Source: Octopus bimaculoides
Lineage: Eukaryota
Assembly: GCF_001194135.2 (NCBI RefSeq)
Contig: NC_068998.1
Location: 36,280,878 to 36,344,877 of the forward strand
Direction: 5' to 3'
Length of the DNA stretch: 64,000 nucleotides
How positions within the stretch are numbered: position 1 is the stretch's first letter; each line of letters starts with the position of its first letter. The notes under the pieces are model-generated. The model saw only the letters and a list, made by a program, of their open reading frames with translations. It was not told the DNA's origin and did not search any database. This document shows, piece after piece, positions 52,131 through 64,000 of this stretch. The translations under genes were made by a program, and so were the position numbers.

Positions 52131-52480
52131 NNNNNNNNNNNNNNNNNNNNNNNNNNNNNNNNNNNNNNNNNNNNNNNNNNNNNNNNNNNNNNNNNNNNNN
52201 NNNNNNNNNNNNNNNNNNNNNNNNNNNNNNNNNNNNNNNNNNNNNNNNNNNNNNNNNNNNNNNNNNNNNNNNNNNNNNNNNNNNNNNNNNNNNNNNNNNN
52301 NNNNNNNNNNNNNNNNNNNNNNNNNNNNNNNNNNNNNNNNNNNNNNNNNNNNNNNNNNNNNNNNNNNNNNNNNNNNNNNNNNNNNNNNNNNNNNNNNNNN
52401 NNNNNNNNNNNNNNNNNNNNNNNNNNNNNNNNNNNNNNNNNNNNNNNNNNNNNNNNNNNNNNNNNNNNNNNNNNNNNNNN

Positions 52481-52539
<59 letters not shown>

Positions 52540-52773
52540 ACATTATATTTTACGATATTTTATATGAATAATATATTCATTGAAGAAATATCTCTTCAAA
52601 ATATGATATATTAAGCCTTTGTATCTTGGATGAATATCCCTATAAGAGGTTTAAATATCCTCATTGTGACTATATAAAACAGTTAAGTTGTCAGTCACGG
52701 AGTAAAAACATAATTGAACAGGTCCATTTTCACACCAAGCCACAATTTTTTGCTTGCGTGTGTGCATGTGTAG

Positions 52774-52810
<37 letters not shown>

Positions 52811-53465
52811 ATGTGTTGCATGTGTGTGTGCGTGCGTGTGCGTATGTATATCTACATCTAAATATCTGTCTGCATACACTTACGTACATCCACATTTATT
52901 TTTCTATATATCTATATCGGGTATGTATATGCGCGCGTCTGCTACTGCGTATGTACAATTACACACATACAATTACATTACATAAACATCCAAGTCTTCT
53001 TATATGTTATACTTACTCAGCCCTGCTCTGTTTGTCTGTCTGTTTGTCGAAGGAGTCTTTGGTGGATGTAATATGAATTAAACGAGAGACTCTTTCGCTT
53101 CCGGCGGCATATGTTTTGTTATAGGACGCAAGTCTTGTTAAAAGTCCTTCTACACAGCAGTGTCGAAGATAATGAGACTAAGAGAAAAAAAATATTCCAT
53201 AAGTAACACACGTTTGATGCTTTGGTTTCATACACCGATGAAGATGTCTTAGCGTGGTGCCACCATTCAGCCATCTGCTTCTCACCTGACGATGTTCCGG
53301 GCCATTTCGTTTCCTACTCGTTTTCTCTATTATTTCAGCTTACACGTGCAGATTAATGGATTTCACACTCGACGGGCAGTCACACGCAATCACACTCACG
53401 CGCGCACACACAAGCATGCAAACACACACTCAAGAAAGCATGTGTAAGAAAGTTAGTGTCCTTCA

Positions 53466-53502
<37 letters not shown>

Positions 53503-53931
53503 NNNNNNNNNNNNNNNNNNNNNNNNNNNNNNNNNNNNNNNNNNNNNNNNNNNNNNNNNNNNNNNNNNNNNNNNNNNNNNNNNNNNNNNNNNNNNNNNNN
53601 NNNNNNNNNNNNNNNNNNNNNNNNNNNNNNNNNNNNNNNNNNNNNNNNNNNNNNNNNNNNNNNNNNNNNNNNNNNNNNNNNNNNNNNNNNNNNNNNNNNN
53701 NNNNNNNNNNNNNNNNNNNNNNNNNNNNNNNNNNNNNNNNNNNNNNNNNNNNNNNNNNNNNNNNNNNNNNNNNNNNNNNNNNNNNNNNNNNNNNNNNNNN
53801 NNNNNNNNNNNNNNNNNNNNNNNNNNNNNNNNNNNNNNNNNNNNNNNNNNNNNNNNNNNNNNNNNNNNNNNNNNNNNNNNNNNNNNNNNNNNNNNNNNNN
53901 NNNNNNNNNNNNNNNNNNNNNNNNNNNNNNN

Positions 53932-53961
<30 letters not shown>

Positions 53962-53965
<4 letters not shown>

Positions 53966-54110
53966 GGCCTTTGGCTTAGTGGTGTTGCACTGATGTTCAG
54001 AAGATTATAGTTTCGATTCCTGGACCAGGCCATGCGTTATGTTTTTGCGTAAAACGCTTCATTGCACGTTGCTCAAGTCCACGGACCTGGCAAAACTGAG
54101 TAATCCGGCG
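53962..54110 (+). mobile_element. SINE family C, 5' part, degraded
   Basis: TGGCTTAGTGG..GTTTCGATTCC..GTTGCTCAAGTCCAC. Confidence 0.7.
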
Positions 54111-54514
54111 ATGTATGTGTATGTACTTGCCTGCCACTGATCAATCGCCTCCAGCAAATCTTGTACATATATTCAACAATGTCTGCTGCTTCTTATACAA
54201 TGTACAGGTTCCTATAGTAATGCCTACCGTCTATATACTAGTACAGTGTCCCATAAATCTCAGACATATTACGTTTCAGCAGATTCAAACGCAAACATGC
54301 TAGTTGTTGTTGTATACGTCAACGGGAACAACTCCCTTTTTCGACGACAATAAGTTCGTAACGCTCGGCATGTTAAATCTTGTCAGGCCAAAGTAGCAGT
54401 ACCATGGAATTTAAACAAGTCACTGGCTTTGCTTATAATTTAATCAAAAAGACTGTTTGATGCCCATTGCTTATATCTGCCAACCGATAAAACTATTGCT
54501 ATTTGTACTGTGTA

Positions 54515-54582
54515 GGCGCGGGTAATTCTAGCTGACGAAACGCAAGATATCGAAACACCGGTGTCTCAGAATTAACAGCGCC
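54515..54582 (+). ncRNA. Type-I hammerhead ribozyme with long stem I and degenerate stem II
   Basis: GGCGC GGG TAATTCT AG CTGACGA AACGCAAGATATC GAAAC ACCGGT GTC TC AGAATTA ACA GCGCC. Perfect palindromic stem III ACACCGGTGT, GUC site. Confidence 0.7.
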
Positions 54583-55049
54583 AATGTTCCAAGTGTGTTT
54601 TTAACTCAGTGTTGTCGCAAAAGGGAGAATTTGTTGTTGGGTTGTGACGCATACAGCAGCGACAAGTATATTTGCATTTGATTTTGCCGAAATGCATTAA
54701 AGATAAATATGCAAATCAGCGTTTCAGATCTCACTGTACACATTACAAATGGCGATTTTTCGTCTAATGCATTGTTCGGTAAACGCTCCCCAAAGAAACC
54801 TTTCTTCTCCTTAATCTTTTAGTATCTGTTCATTTAGTCTGTTTTTTTTTTATTACATTCATTAGCATCAAACATATCGATTCACATGTCAATGCGTTGT
54901 ATTTTGAGGTCGTTCAACAGATTTGATTCCAACGCATTATTGTTCTGATAATGCGGTAATCTCACAGATTTCCGACTTCAAATTTAATGTTTGAACGTTA
55001 AGAATTTGAATGTTGAAATATATTTTAATATTATAAAATCTTGTAGACC

Positions 55050-55934
55050 GTAGTGTCTTTCAGTTCAACGAAGCTGTCTGCTAAAGAAAGTGCCCCTTGT
55101 CTTCCTGCGAGATGAGTGATGTGGTATGGCTCTGGAGAAAAGACCATTTAGATTCTATCTGTTATCTGATAATGACAGGCAGTAACTGGCAGTAACAAAT
55201 CTTGAAAGTTGCAGTGTTCAGATGACTAAAATGTTTAATCCATGTCATTGTGGTTGACAGGTCGCTTTTCATTTGCCATCTGAAGTGACAAATGAAAACC
55301 GATTATTATTTTAGATTCTTGTTGGCTTTCTCTCTCCTAGTGTTTGCTCGAAGATTTTTTAGTGTCTCACTGTTCGCTTTTCACGGTAGAGCCACGTTCC
55401 AGAAAGTCAAGTGGAATGACGCACTTGTCACCTTCAAAACAGTCACTATGGCACTCTGTACGATAAAGCTAGCTCTTGAACATTTCAGACCTTTGAAAGA
55501 TACAATCACGTTTTGCTTCCAGCTGCTGAAAAACTCACTTTGAGCACACTTTCTAATATCCCAAATCTTCCACCTTCTTATGTAACGCATTGTGATCGAA
55601 GTCTAGTTGTGCAGCAAGCTCACGGATTGTGATTTGTCTGTCCGTGTGAATCAATTCATCCACTCATTGGCGACTTGTATCAGCCGTTAATGGTATCATC
55701 TCAGTAAACAACCTGTAGCCTTCTGTAGATGTCGGATAGCTTGCCATCTTTTTCGTCAAGAACTCAATGACGGCACGTTGCATTTGCTTGGAACTCATTA
55801 TTTGCTTGCAATGAAGAACAAGAAGAGTTACTGTTTATGAAGAGTTACTCTGTCAACTTGAAAATTGAATGACCCATGTCGCTTAATAAAAAAAGTTATG
55901 TCCACTTTTGCATTATTTTCAGTTTAAGCCTCAT
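55050..55934 (-). mobile_element. mariner relic with internal deletions
   Basis: Minus strand MSSKQMQRAVIEFL..VDELIHTDRQITIRELAAQL..LGY*KVCSK..VIPLDFLERGSTV; 5' end TA|TGAGGCTTAAACTGAAAATAATGC. Confidence 0.8.
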
Positions 55935-55976
55935 ATATGCATACATGTAGGTACATGCATACATACATACATATAT

Positions 55977-56012
<36 letters not shown>

Positions 56013-56180
56013 NNNNNNNNNNNNNNNNNNNNNNNNNNNNNNNNNNNNNNNNNNNNNNNNNNNNNNNNNNNNNNNNNNNNNNNNNNNNNNNNNNNNNNNN
56101 TATATATATACATACATATATATATATATATACATACATAGGTATGTATATAAGAATATACGCATGTATGTATCTATGTG

Positions 56181-56365
56181 TTTATGTATGTATGCATGTA
56201 CCTACATGTATGCATATATGAGGCTTGAACTGAAAATAATGCAAAAGTGGACATAACTTTTTTTATTAAGTGACATGGGTCATTCAATTTTCAAGATGAG
56301 GGAGTAACTCTTCTTAAACAGTAACTCTTCTTGTTCTTCATTGCAAGCAAATAATGAGTTTCAAA
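56181..56365 (+). repeat. Inverted duplicate of 55786-55970 (mariner 5' end plus flank)
   Basis: Reverse complement with several substitutions, across gap 56013-56100. Confidence 0.92.
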
Positions 56366-56683
56366 CAATCCGTAGAAGATATAAAAAAATAACTTTCAGG
56401 AATAATAGTGGTATATTGGCGCAGAAGGTTGTGAAATTTTCCCGTATCGAAGTACGATATGCTGAGAAAAGTTAATTTTATAGTTCACAGTTAGCAACAG
56501 GAGTTGTATATGCAAATAAACATCTAAAAATTAGGGAATGGAGTAGGAATCGATCGAATCCCCAACGCGTTAACACGAGATCTCCCAAAGACAATGCAAA
56601 CTTCATATAATCAAGATATTCTTGACCTGAAAAGTAGCTTGCGGTCTCCCCCTCTTTTGGATAATCTATTTCTTTCAGGGTTC

Positions 56684-56848
56684 CGCTACTTATGAAACAT
56701 ATGTAGCCTGGATTTTATCAACTCCACTCCCTAATTTTTGTGTATATATAGTTAGTGGATAACCCTTGGTTTGGGTAATTACTACTTCCGAAATTCTGCT
56801 ACCTATGAAACATATGTAGCCTGGTTTTTATCTACTCCATTCTCTAAT
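56684..56848 (+). repeat. Two ~52-bp direct repeats spaced 113 bp
   Basis: GCTAC[T/C]TATGAAACATATGTAGCCTGG[A/T]TTTTATC[A/T]ACTCCA[C/T]TC[C/T]CTAAT at 56685 and 56798. Confidence 0.9.
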
Positions 56849-57041
56849 ACAGACCAACTCAAGCGGCTAATCGTGAATTAAGAAATAACTTCTTTCGATT
56901 GGGAATAATTTACAACCTTCTACGGCAATAATCCAATATTGCTCCTGAAAGCTATTTTTTATACCTTCTACGGACTTGCTCGAAGCTTACTAACTTTCTG
57001 CACCTTGATCCTTGGATCGTTTCTTTACACACGCACAAACA

Positions 57042-57127
<86 letters not shown>

Positions 57128-57689
57128 CACACACACACAAATCAACGTGATTTCACAATCTGCGAGAAATAGCAGTCAAATTATCTACAAAATTCACCCT
57201 TAAAAAGGTATCCTTAAAACAGGATGCATTGGATAACATGGCTTTGATAATGTCTGCTCGACAAGGAACGATAACAACAATAACAAATATAAACACTTCA
57301 TGTCAAGTGGAATACAACTGACATATGCATCTATTAGACTTCTGTGATAGTACTCCCACCAATGTATAAGAACGACCAAAAGAAAGAATGAATTAAATAA
57401 TAAAATATGGGAGTGGGGGCGGGGTAGAAGATGGAGTTGCGTAAGAAGAGGGAACTGGACAAATAAAAATGAACACAAAAATAATTAACTAGAGATGACG
57501 TAAAAGAATGAGACGAGAAAAACATAAAAATAAAAAATAAAAGTAAAATGAATATAAGATGAAATAAAAGTAACAAAAATAAGAGAAGCAAAAATGTCAC
57601 ATCCTGTTAAACCGATTTGTTACTGTTGATGTTATTGGCTCACGCTAGTCAACCCCCGTTGGGCAAACCTACGGTTAAATGTGTTGTAG

Positions 57690-57830
57690 CTATTAGCTTT
57701 TTCTGCAAATACTTGATGACAGCACGCTGCCAAATTTTGTCCATTTTCAAGAGAAGTCGCTACCAGTTACTTTTGAAGTATTTGAACAGTCAGATGTCAG
57801 TTTACCTGAAAAGAAACAATGCAATTATCA
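57690..57830 (-). mobile_element. mariner 5' fragment
   Basis: Minus strand ATG GAC AAA ATT TGG CAG CGT GCT GTC ATC AAG TAT TTG CAG AAA = MDKIWQRAVIKYLQK. Confidence 0.7.
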
Positions 57831-58299
57831 ATAAGGAGAGTTGAAATTAATGCATACAAGATTTCTCTGCTCTAACATTACTCCTTTATAGTCATCCTCT
57901 GAACTTTTCAGCCTACCCTCGTAGTTCGCAATTAGGACACGAGGTGCTTTGTAAAGACATTTATTTTTTGAAAAATGTATCGTATATACCAACATTACAT
58001 TACATTACAAAATTCCATTACAGTTTTTTAACAGTAGAATGTACAAGATGTATTCTAGTTGAAAGAAGCACAAAACTTTAATCCAGTCATCCTCAACAGT
58101 GATCCAGTTGATTCTTGAGTCACCATACAAGATTTTGTCGCTGAAATTTATGTGCAATAAATTGGTTGTTTTTACAATACACAAAATGTTTTAATAGTTT
58201 TTTTTTAATACTATTCCTTTTGATATTTAATTATTAAAATGAAATAGGATTTTTTAAACATCGAATTGCTATGAGCGTTCATCTCAGTAAAATAGGAAC

Positions 58300-58565
58300 C
58301 AAAAGAATCCATGAGGATGAATTGGTTGCAAACTACTGCTTTAATCTCAAAGTATGATCCTCGGATTTCAGCACATTTGTAGCACCCCAACCTCTTCGTG
58401 AACCACCAAAATGAAGGTGTCCAAGACCTTTGTCACAGCATCTTTCATCTTCAAAACGACTTCCCCTAAAGTTCTTGTTCTCCATGTGACTTTTAGTTGA
58501 GGAACAAAAGCCAATTCTGATGTTCTGACGTCTATCTCCCTCCAACACTTCTCAACGTATCTCAC
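58300..58565 (-). mobile_element. mariner 3' fragment
   Basis: ..NFRGSRFED / MKDAVTKVLDTF.. as in mariner transposase C-termini. Confidence 0.6.
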
Positions 58566-59099
58566 CTCTCTGTCTTTGAACCTCTTGTGCCAATGAAAAA
58601 GCTAATCTATAAGCAGTGTAGAATATGCCATAAGTTTTTGTACCTTTTTTTGTGCTCTATTTAACACAAAGCTTTATTGCATAGCGAGCTTCCAAACGTC
58701 CTGACAGCATTCTGTTTAGTAGGTTGTGTTCAAAATCCTGCTACAACCGTCAACTTCAACCAAGACTAACAAAAGCTATCTGGTCAGCTAAGATGTAGAG
58801 TAATGATATACTATAATTACAATAATCTACGATAATCTGCCTCTCCTAAAAAAAAAAGTCTCAAAATTTCTGAAATGCACCACGTAATTAAAGTAGATTT
58901 AACTGCTATTTTTGGCACAGCAATTAACCTCCACCTACACAGTTGGTTCGCTTCATTACGTTACTTAGTGCAGCACTAATATAATTGCTCTATCTATTGC
59001 CGTATATTATTACACTGACACGTAGTTATTTATGGCCGTGGTTTCGATTCCAGCAATTAGTAATCAACGTTAATTACATTGAATTGAGATGAAAAATAG

Positions 59100-59790
59100 A
59101 GTATACCACCACCACCACCATTAAGCATCATTACTAACATCGCAGCCAGCATAATCAGAACACAACGACGACGACGACGACGACCTTCACCACCACCTTT
59201 AACACAAAAATAACTAACACCACTAATTACCATCACCACACCACAACATGACCAGACACAGCAGCACCACCACCATTAACAAAATCAGCACTTACAACAC
59301 CACCACCTCCTCTTTCTTCTCCTCCTCCTCCTCCTCTCTTCCTCCTACTCCTTCTCTTCCTCCTCACTCCTCCTCTTCCTTTTCATCTTCTTCTTCTTCC
59401 TCCTTTTTCTTTTCATGTTCCACTTTCTTCTTCTTCTTCTTCGTCTCCTCTTCCTCCTCCTCTCCCCTCTCCTCCTCTTCCTTTTCCTCCTCTTCCTTTT
59501 CCTCCTCTTCCTTTTCCTCCTCTTCCTTTTCCTCCTCTTCCTTTTCCTCCTCTTCCTTTTCCTCCTCTTCCTTTTCCTCCTCTTCTTCCACCTTCTCCTT
59601 TTCATGTTCCACTTTCTTGTTGTTGTTGTTGTTGTTGTTGTTGTTCTTCTTCTTCTTCTTCTTCTTCTTCTTCTTCTTCTTCTTCTTCTTCTTGTTCTTG
59701 TTCTTCTTCTTCTTCTTCTTCTTCTTCTTCTTCTTCTTCTTCTTCTTCTTCTTCTTCTTCTTCTTCTTCTTCTCCTCCTCGTTCCAATTC
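59100..59790. repeat. Compound trinucleotide block with a 15-bp minisatellite
   Basis: (CAC)n, (GAC)n, (CCT)n, (GTT)n, (CTT)n; unit TCCTCTTCCTTTTCC repeated about 7-8 times at 59473-59590. Confidence 0.95.
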
Positions 59791-59924
59791 CTCTTTTCCT
59801 TTTCTCTTCCCCCCTGTTCTTCGTCTTCCGCCATTGTTGCGATAGTTGTAGTGATGAAAAGAACATCCTCAGTCGTTTGGATGCAGGTGTGGCTTATAGG
59901 CCCAGTTGTGGGTCTGAAATAAGA

Positions 59925-60482
59925 ACTTTGCTTCCCAATCATATTATTCCGTGTTCAGTCCCACTGCGTTGCACCTTGGGCAAGTGTCTTTTACTATAGC
60001 CACGGGTTGACCTAAGCCTTGTGAGTGGATCTGGTAGACGGAAACCGAAAGAAACCCATCGCATATGTGCGTGCGTGCGCGGAAGTGTGTGTGTGCATGT
60101 GTGTGTGTGTGCATATGTGTGTGTGTGCATATGTGTGTGTGTGCATGTGTGTGTGCATATGTGTGTGTGCGTGCGTGCGCGGGTGTGTGTGTGCATATGT
60201 GTGTGCGTGCGTGCGCGGGTGTGTATGTGTACATATGTGTTTGTATGTACGTATACGTATGTATGTGTGTGTATGTGTATCTTTGGGTTTGTACTCTGTC
60301 CCACACCACTGCTTGACAACCTGTGTTGGTTCGTTTACGTCGCCGTAACATTAGCGGCTTGAGAAAAGAGACCGAGAGAATAAGTACCAGGTTTAAAAAG
60401 ACTTACGTACTATTTCGGCTAAATCCTTCAACGTGGTGCCCCAGCATGGCCACAGTTCAACGACTGAAGCAGGTAAAAGAAT
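59925..60482 (+). mobile_element. SINE family B with expanded internal (TG/GCAT) tract
   Basis: GTTCAGTCCCACTGCG..GGCAAGTGTC..; about 230-bp internal simple repeat; 3' module intact. Confidence 0.9.
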
Positions 60483-61079
60483 GTAGCTACAGTAGTGGTG
60501 GGTTAGGTAGCATCGGGGTTTGCAGTTAGTGAGTGAACACTACCACTATGTCTAAAATCATGATTATAGCAGCAATGATGGCGAAATCAGCATTGTAATG
60601 ATGTTTGTAAACATTGTTGCTACCTCGAAGCAACCTCTTTCATCAACCACCAATATACCTAAGAATAATTAGTTCTTTGCAATGACGCTGTTCTTTTTCA
60701 AAAAGTTTTTGTAGCCAAGAATTTTAATAAAACTTTGAATTGAAATCATTTAATCAAATTCTATCTTAGTTTTGCTTCAAATCACTCAACGTTTAAGATA
60801 GGAATGCAATTCTTTATACCATTTAGACATTCCATTTTATTTATTCAATATATTTTCTTTGTATCTTCAACTACTTCACGTCAAGTATATTCCAAATTTT
60901 CTGTCTTCTTTCTTATTTCTTATTTGCAATTGTTCCGAATAGCGTTGTTTGAGACAGAAGACCAGTATTTGCTTGTATTCGGGTCAAGCAATTTACTTAA
61001 CCTGCAAAGAGGGATAGAATAGTGATAGATGGAGGGAAGAATGACTGAAAAATCTGTTCTGTCTATGAAGCAATCATCA

Positions 61080-61330
61080 GTTATTATACTTTAGGTTTAG
61101 AGGCGGTTTTGCTACTGCCAGCGGGTTTACAGAATCCATGATAACTATTGTGCTTTCGCGGCTTCCATAATAGAATTTTGCCTTAAAAGAGAGAACCAAT
61201 GTTTCATGGAACCATAACCATTGGCGTCTTCAGTTCGAAGTTGAAGTTATAATGTAAATGATACATTATCCTAGGTGGCGCTGTCCACTTTAAGGTCAGC
61301 CATTACGAATAAACCTGAAGAACTGAAGAA
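61080..61330 (-). mobile_element. PLE-like 3' region with decayed hammerhead
   Basis: Minus strand CTGAAGA CGCCAATGGTTATGGTTCCAT GAAAC ATTG GTT at about 61193-61233; stems I and II poor. Confidence 0.35.
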
Positions 61331-62149
61331 AGGAAAGACAGAATATTCAAGAGTACACAGACAAATCAAGAAAAGATACAAGAAGACAATTCGATGATGG
61401 TTTTATAGATTTATCTTGTAACGATTATTATCAAATGGAGAAAGAAAGGTACAATAGGAAGAAAAAATACGTTCTGATGATAGAGTTTAACTTAAATATT
61501 AATATACGCTTTAGACATTTGTTTTTAAAACCAAGTAACGCTGTTAGATATTTTAAGAATTCAGGAATTATCGTGGATTCTTCTAATATATAAAAGCGTA
61601 GGTCTTAATGTAGCTTGAAAGAAATTATATATATTGATAATAAACTATCTTTACAACGGTCATGAAAAATAATTTGCAACACAGCTCCACATACCATACG
61701 CTCTTGAAAATCAAACGTGAAACCGGTTAAGAAGTGTATGTATGTATGTATGTATGTATATGTATGAATCCCTCTCTCTCTCACTTTCCCTCTCTCTCTC
61801 AATTTCCCTCTCTCTCTCACTTCCCCTCTCTCTCTCNNNNNNNNNNNNNNNNNNNNNNNNNNNNNNNNNNNNNNNNNNNNNNNNNNNNNNNNNNNNNNNN
61901 NNNNNNNNNNNNNNNNNNNNNNNNNNNNNNNNNNNNNNNNNNNNNNNNNNNNNNNNNNNNNNNNNNNNNNNNNNNNNNNNNNNNNNNNNNNNNNNNNNNN
62001 NNNNNNNNNNNNNNNNNNNNNNNNNNNNNNNNNNNNATATATATATATATACACTCATGCATACATACACATATATGCATACACATATGTAGTTTAAAAT
62101 TCAAACATATTCTGCATGCGTTTTTCACCGTTTTATTTCATTTCTCTAC

Positions 62150-63600
62150 TACTTGTTTAGATTAATAACGATTTCTCCTTCTCTTAGAATATATAATAAT
62201 TTCTTAAGTAACCAGAAGATGGGTTTGTTATTAATCTCTATTTTGTACAGCGGCCGTTTCGACCCATTCTGCTACTGTCACTTATGGGTAGGATTTCGTT
62301 CATCATATTGTGTTGCATCCATTTTGCAGTCTTGGTTTCATCAGGTACATCCACACATAGAGTTTTTTTAGCATGGATAGTTGCTAGACGGTTCGCCAGA
62401 TCTCTATTTGAGACGCGAACTGCCATGTATTTTCTTTTTCCTTTCTGGCTTTCTCGCCTTTTTAAATTTTCGCGGTTCTATCTTTTCTTTTTCTTTTTCA
62501 GGGGAATGTAGCTTCATTTCTTTAATGTTCTGTACAAGAGACCACCCCTCCCCTTCTTTTTCTTCTGGCATTCGTGCTACTTGTGTCGACGTCGCTGGTT
62601 CGTTCTCTGCTGGTTCCTTCTCCGTCGCTTCTTTCTTCTTCTCGGGCTCTTTGGGCTTGCAATCCGCCCTGAGGTAGCCCTTCTTGCCACACTGGAAGCA
62701 TCGAGGCTGGCGACCCTCTACCATCACTACCGGACGGGTCTCACCAACCTCGATGATTTCGGTGATTTCTTCCAGTGTGGTCTGTATAATTATACGGCCT
62801 GTATAATTATACGGAGGCTTTGACCGTGCCAGTTACGTGGCTCCATCAAGGCAGCGTCTAATACTGTTATCTTTCCTTCAAGGCCCATCGTTACTGCCGC
62901 GACGAGCTACTCTGGGTCTACCTCAAGGGGAATATTATTGATGGTGATTCTAGAAGTCTTTCTACTCATGTATATGGGCAGAAGTACTATTTCTTCTGTC
63001 TTTAAGGGGTCTACTGAATGGAGCCGGGCTTCCTCTTTCGACTCCATTCTGACCTCAACTGTTGCATACCGTCTTCCTCTCGTAATATATTTTATTTTGT
63101 GCCATATAGACTTGAGACATTTTTCTATTTCAGCCTTCACCACGTAGTTAATTTTTTTCCTTAACTTTGTAAGTTTAAAAAATTAGTGTTCTTTTTTCTA
63201 GTTCTTCTTGAATACTCTTTGGAGGGGTCACTTTGATTCCATGCCCCTCCCTTGTTAACATTTGTATATGTTCTTCCATGTTTGATAAATTATTTTTTTT
63301 TACTTTTGCTCCCGCCGCAGCGGCGAAGTCAAGTTTTTTCTTTGCCTTTTCCTTTTTTCTCTTCTACTTTCTCTTTAGTTAGCCGACTTGGTACTTCAAT
63401 ATTGTTTCTCGATGTTGACGGTTTTATTGGTTATTTTTTTTCCGGTGGGCTATTCCTTCTCATTCTTCGACTCTCTTCGGCAGAATCTTCCTTAAGACGT
63501 GATTCTACAATCACTCCCATAAACTCCTCCACCTCGACGTCTTGCTTTTTTGGACTAGCCATAATGCTGGCGGCTCTTCCACACGGGGAAAAAAAACAAC
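62150..63600 (-). mobile_element. Non-LTR ORF1/gag-like pseudogene (L1/Tx1-like), no ORF2 visible
   Basis: ATG at 63562 (MASPKKQDVEVEE..), basic N-terminus, RRM-like YATVEV..SRITINNIPLEV segment, zinc knuckle RCFQCGKKGYLRADC (H to Y), charged tail; multiple stops and frameshifts. Confidence 0.75.
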
Positions 63601-64000
63601 AACAATTGTTTTAACAAACAATCAGCAACAATATTCAATATATGTTCAATGATGACAAATTAACTTTAACAACCCACCTCTTCAAACACAGCAACAAATC
63701 CAACAAGGCGCAAAAATACAACACAGCAAAAATATCCGAAGCGAACGTTTCGTTGCATTTTTTAATTACCTATGAAAGGCGTACATCGAAATCATCAAGA
63801 CAAATACGATACACAAAGGCAATACACGACAAGACATACATAGAATCGGGAAACTAAAATTATAAAATAGAAATTTGTGCAAAGAAGCGAAAATTAAAAG
63901 AAACGAATGAATTGTGAAAAGATGAGATAATGAAGGGGAATGCCCACTCGACCCCCGAAGTCGAGTGGTTATATTTGGACAGTTTTTCTCTTCTTTTTCC

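Noticed and set aside
57217-57610. 9-bp inverted ends AACAGGATG / CATCCTGTT suggesting a MITE
   Set aside because: Too short, with no target-site duplication and no second copy in the window.
59248-59999. Long poly-E/K/R/S/L/F ORFs in six frames
   Set aside because: Translations of trinucleotide repeats and a 15-bp minisatellite; not genes.

Overview
Repeat-saturated, AT-rich animal genomic DNA from a draft assembly with 14 N-gaps, most of them next to microsatellites. The SINE families and microsatellite load look like an octopod cephalopod (my recognition, not verified). I found no recognisable host protein-coding gene, rRNA, true tRNA or CRISPR; nearly all listed ORFs are microsatellite or gap artefacts or transposon relics. 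Contents: about 30 tRNA-derived SINE copies (working names A, B, C, E); R4/Dong-like, HERO-like, CR1-like and RTE-like LINE relics; a Penelope-like (PLE) RT fragment; four mariner/maT relics; a piggyBac-like MITE; and an ORF1-only, gag-knuckle element at the right end. The most interesting signal is missing from the ORF track: at least five minimal type-I hammerhead ribozyme (HHR) motifs with intact or near-intact cores, plus several relics. Two of them sit in head-to-head inverted structures (about 1.3-3.3 kb and 30.6-31.05 kb), and in the first a duplicated segment starts within 1 nt of the predicted self-cleavage site. All folds and alignments were done by eye, and element boundaries are approximate.
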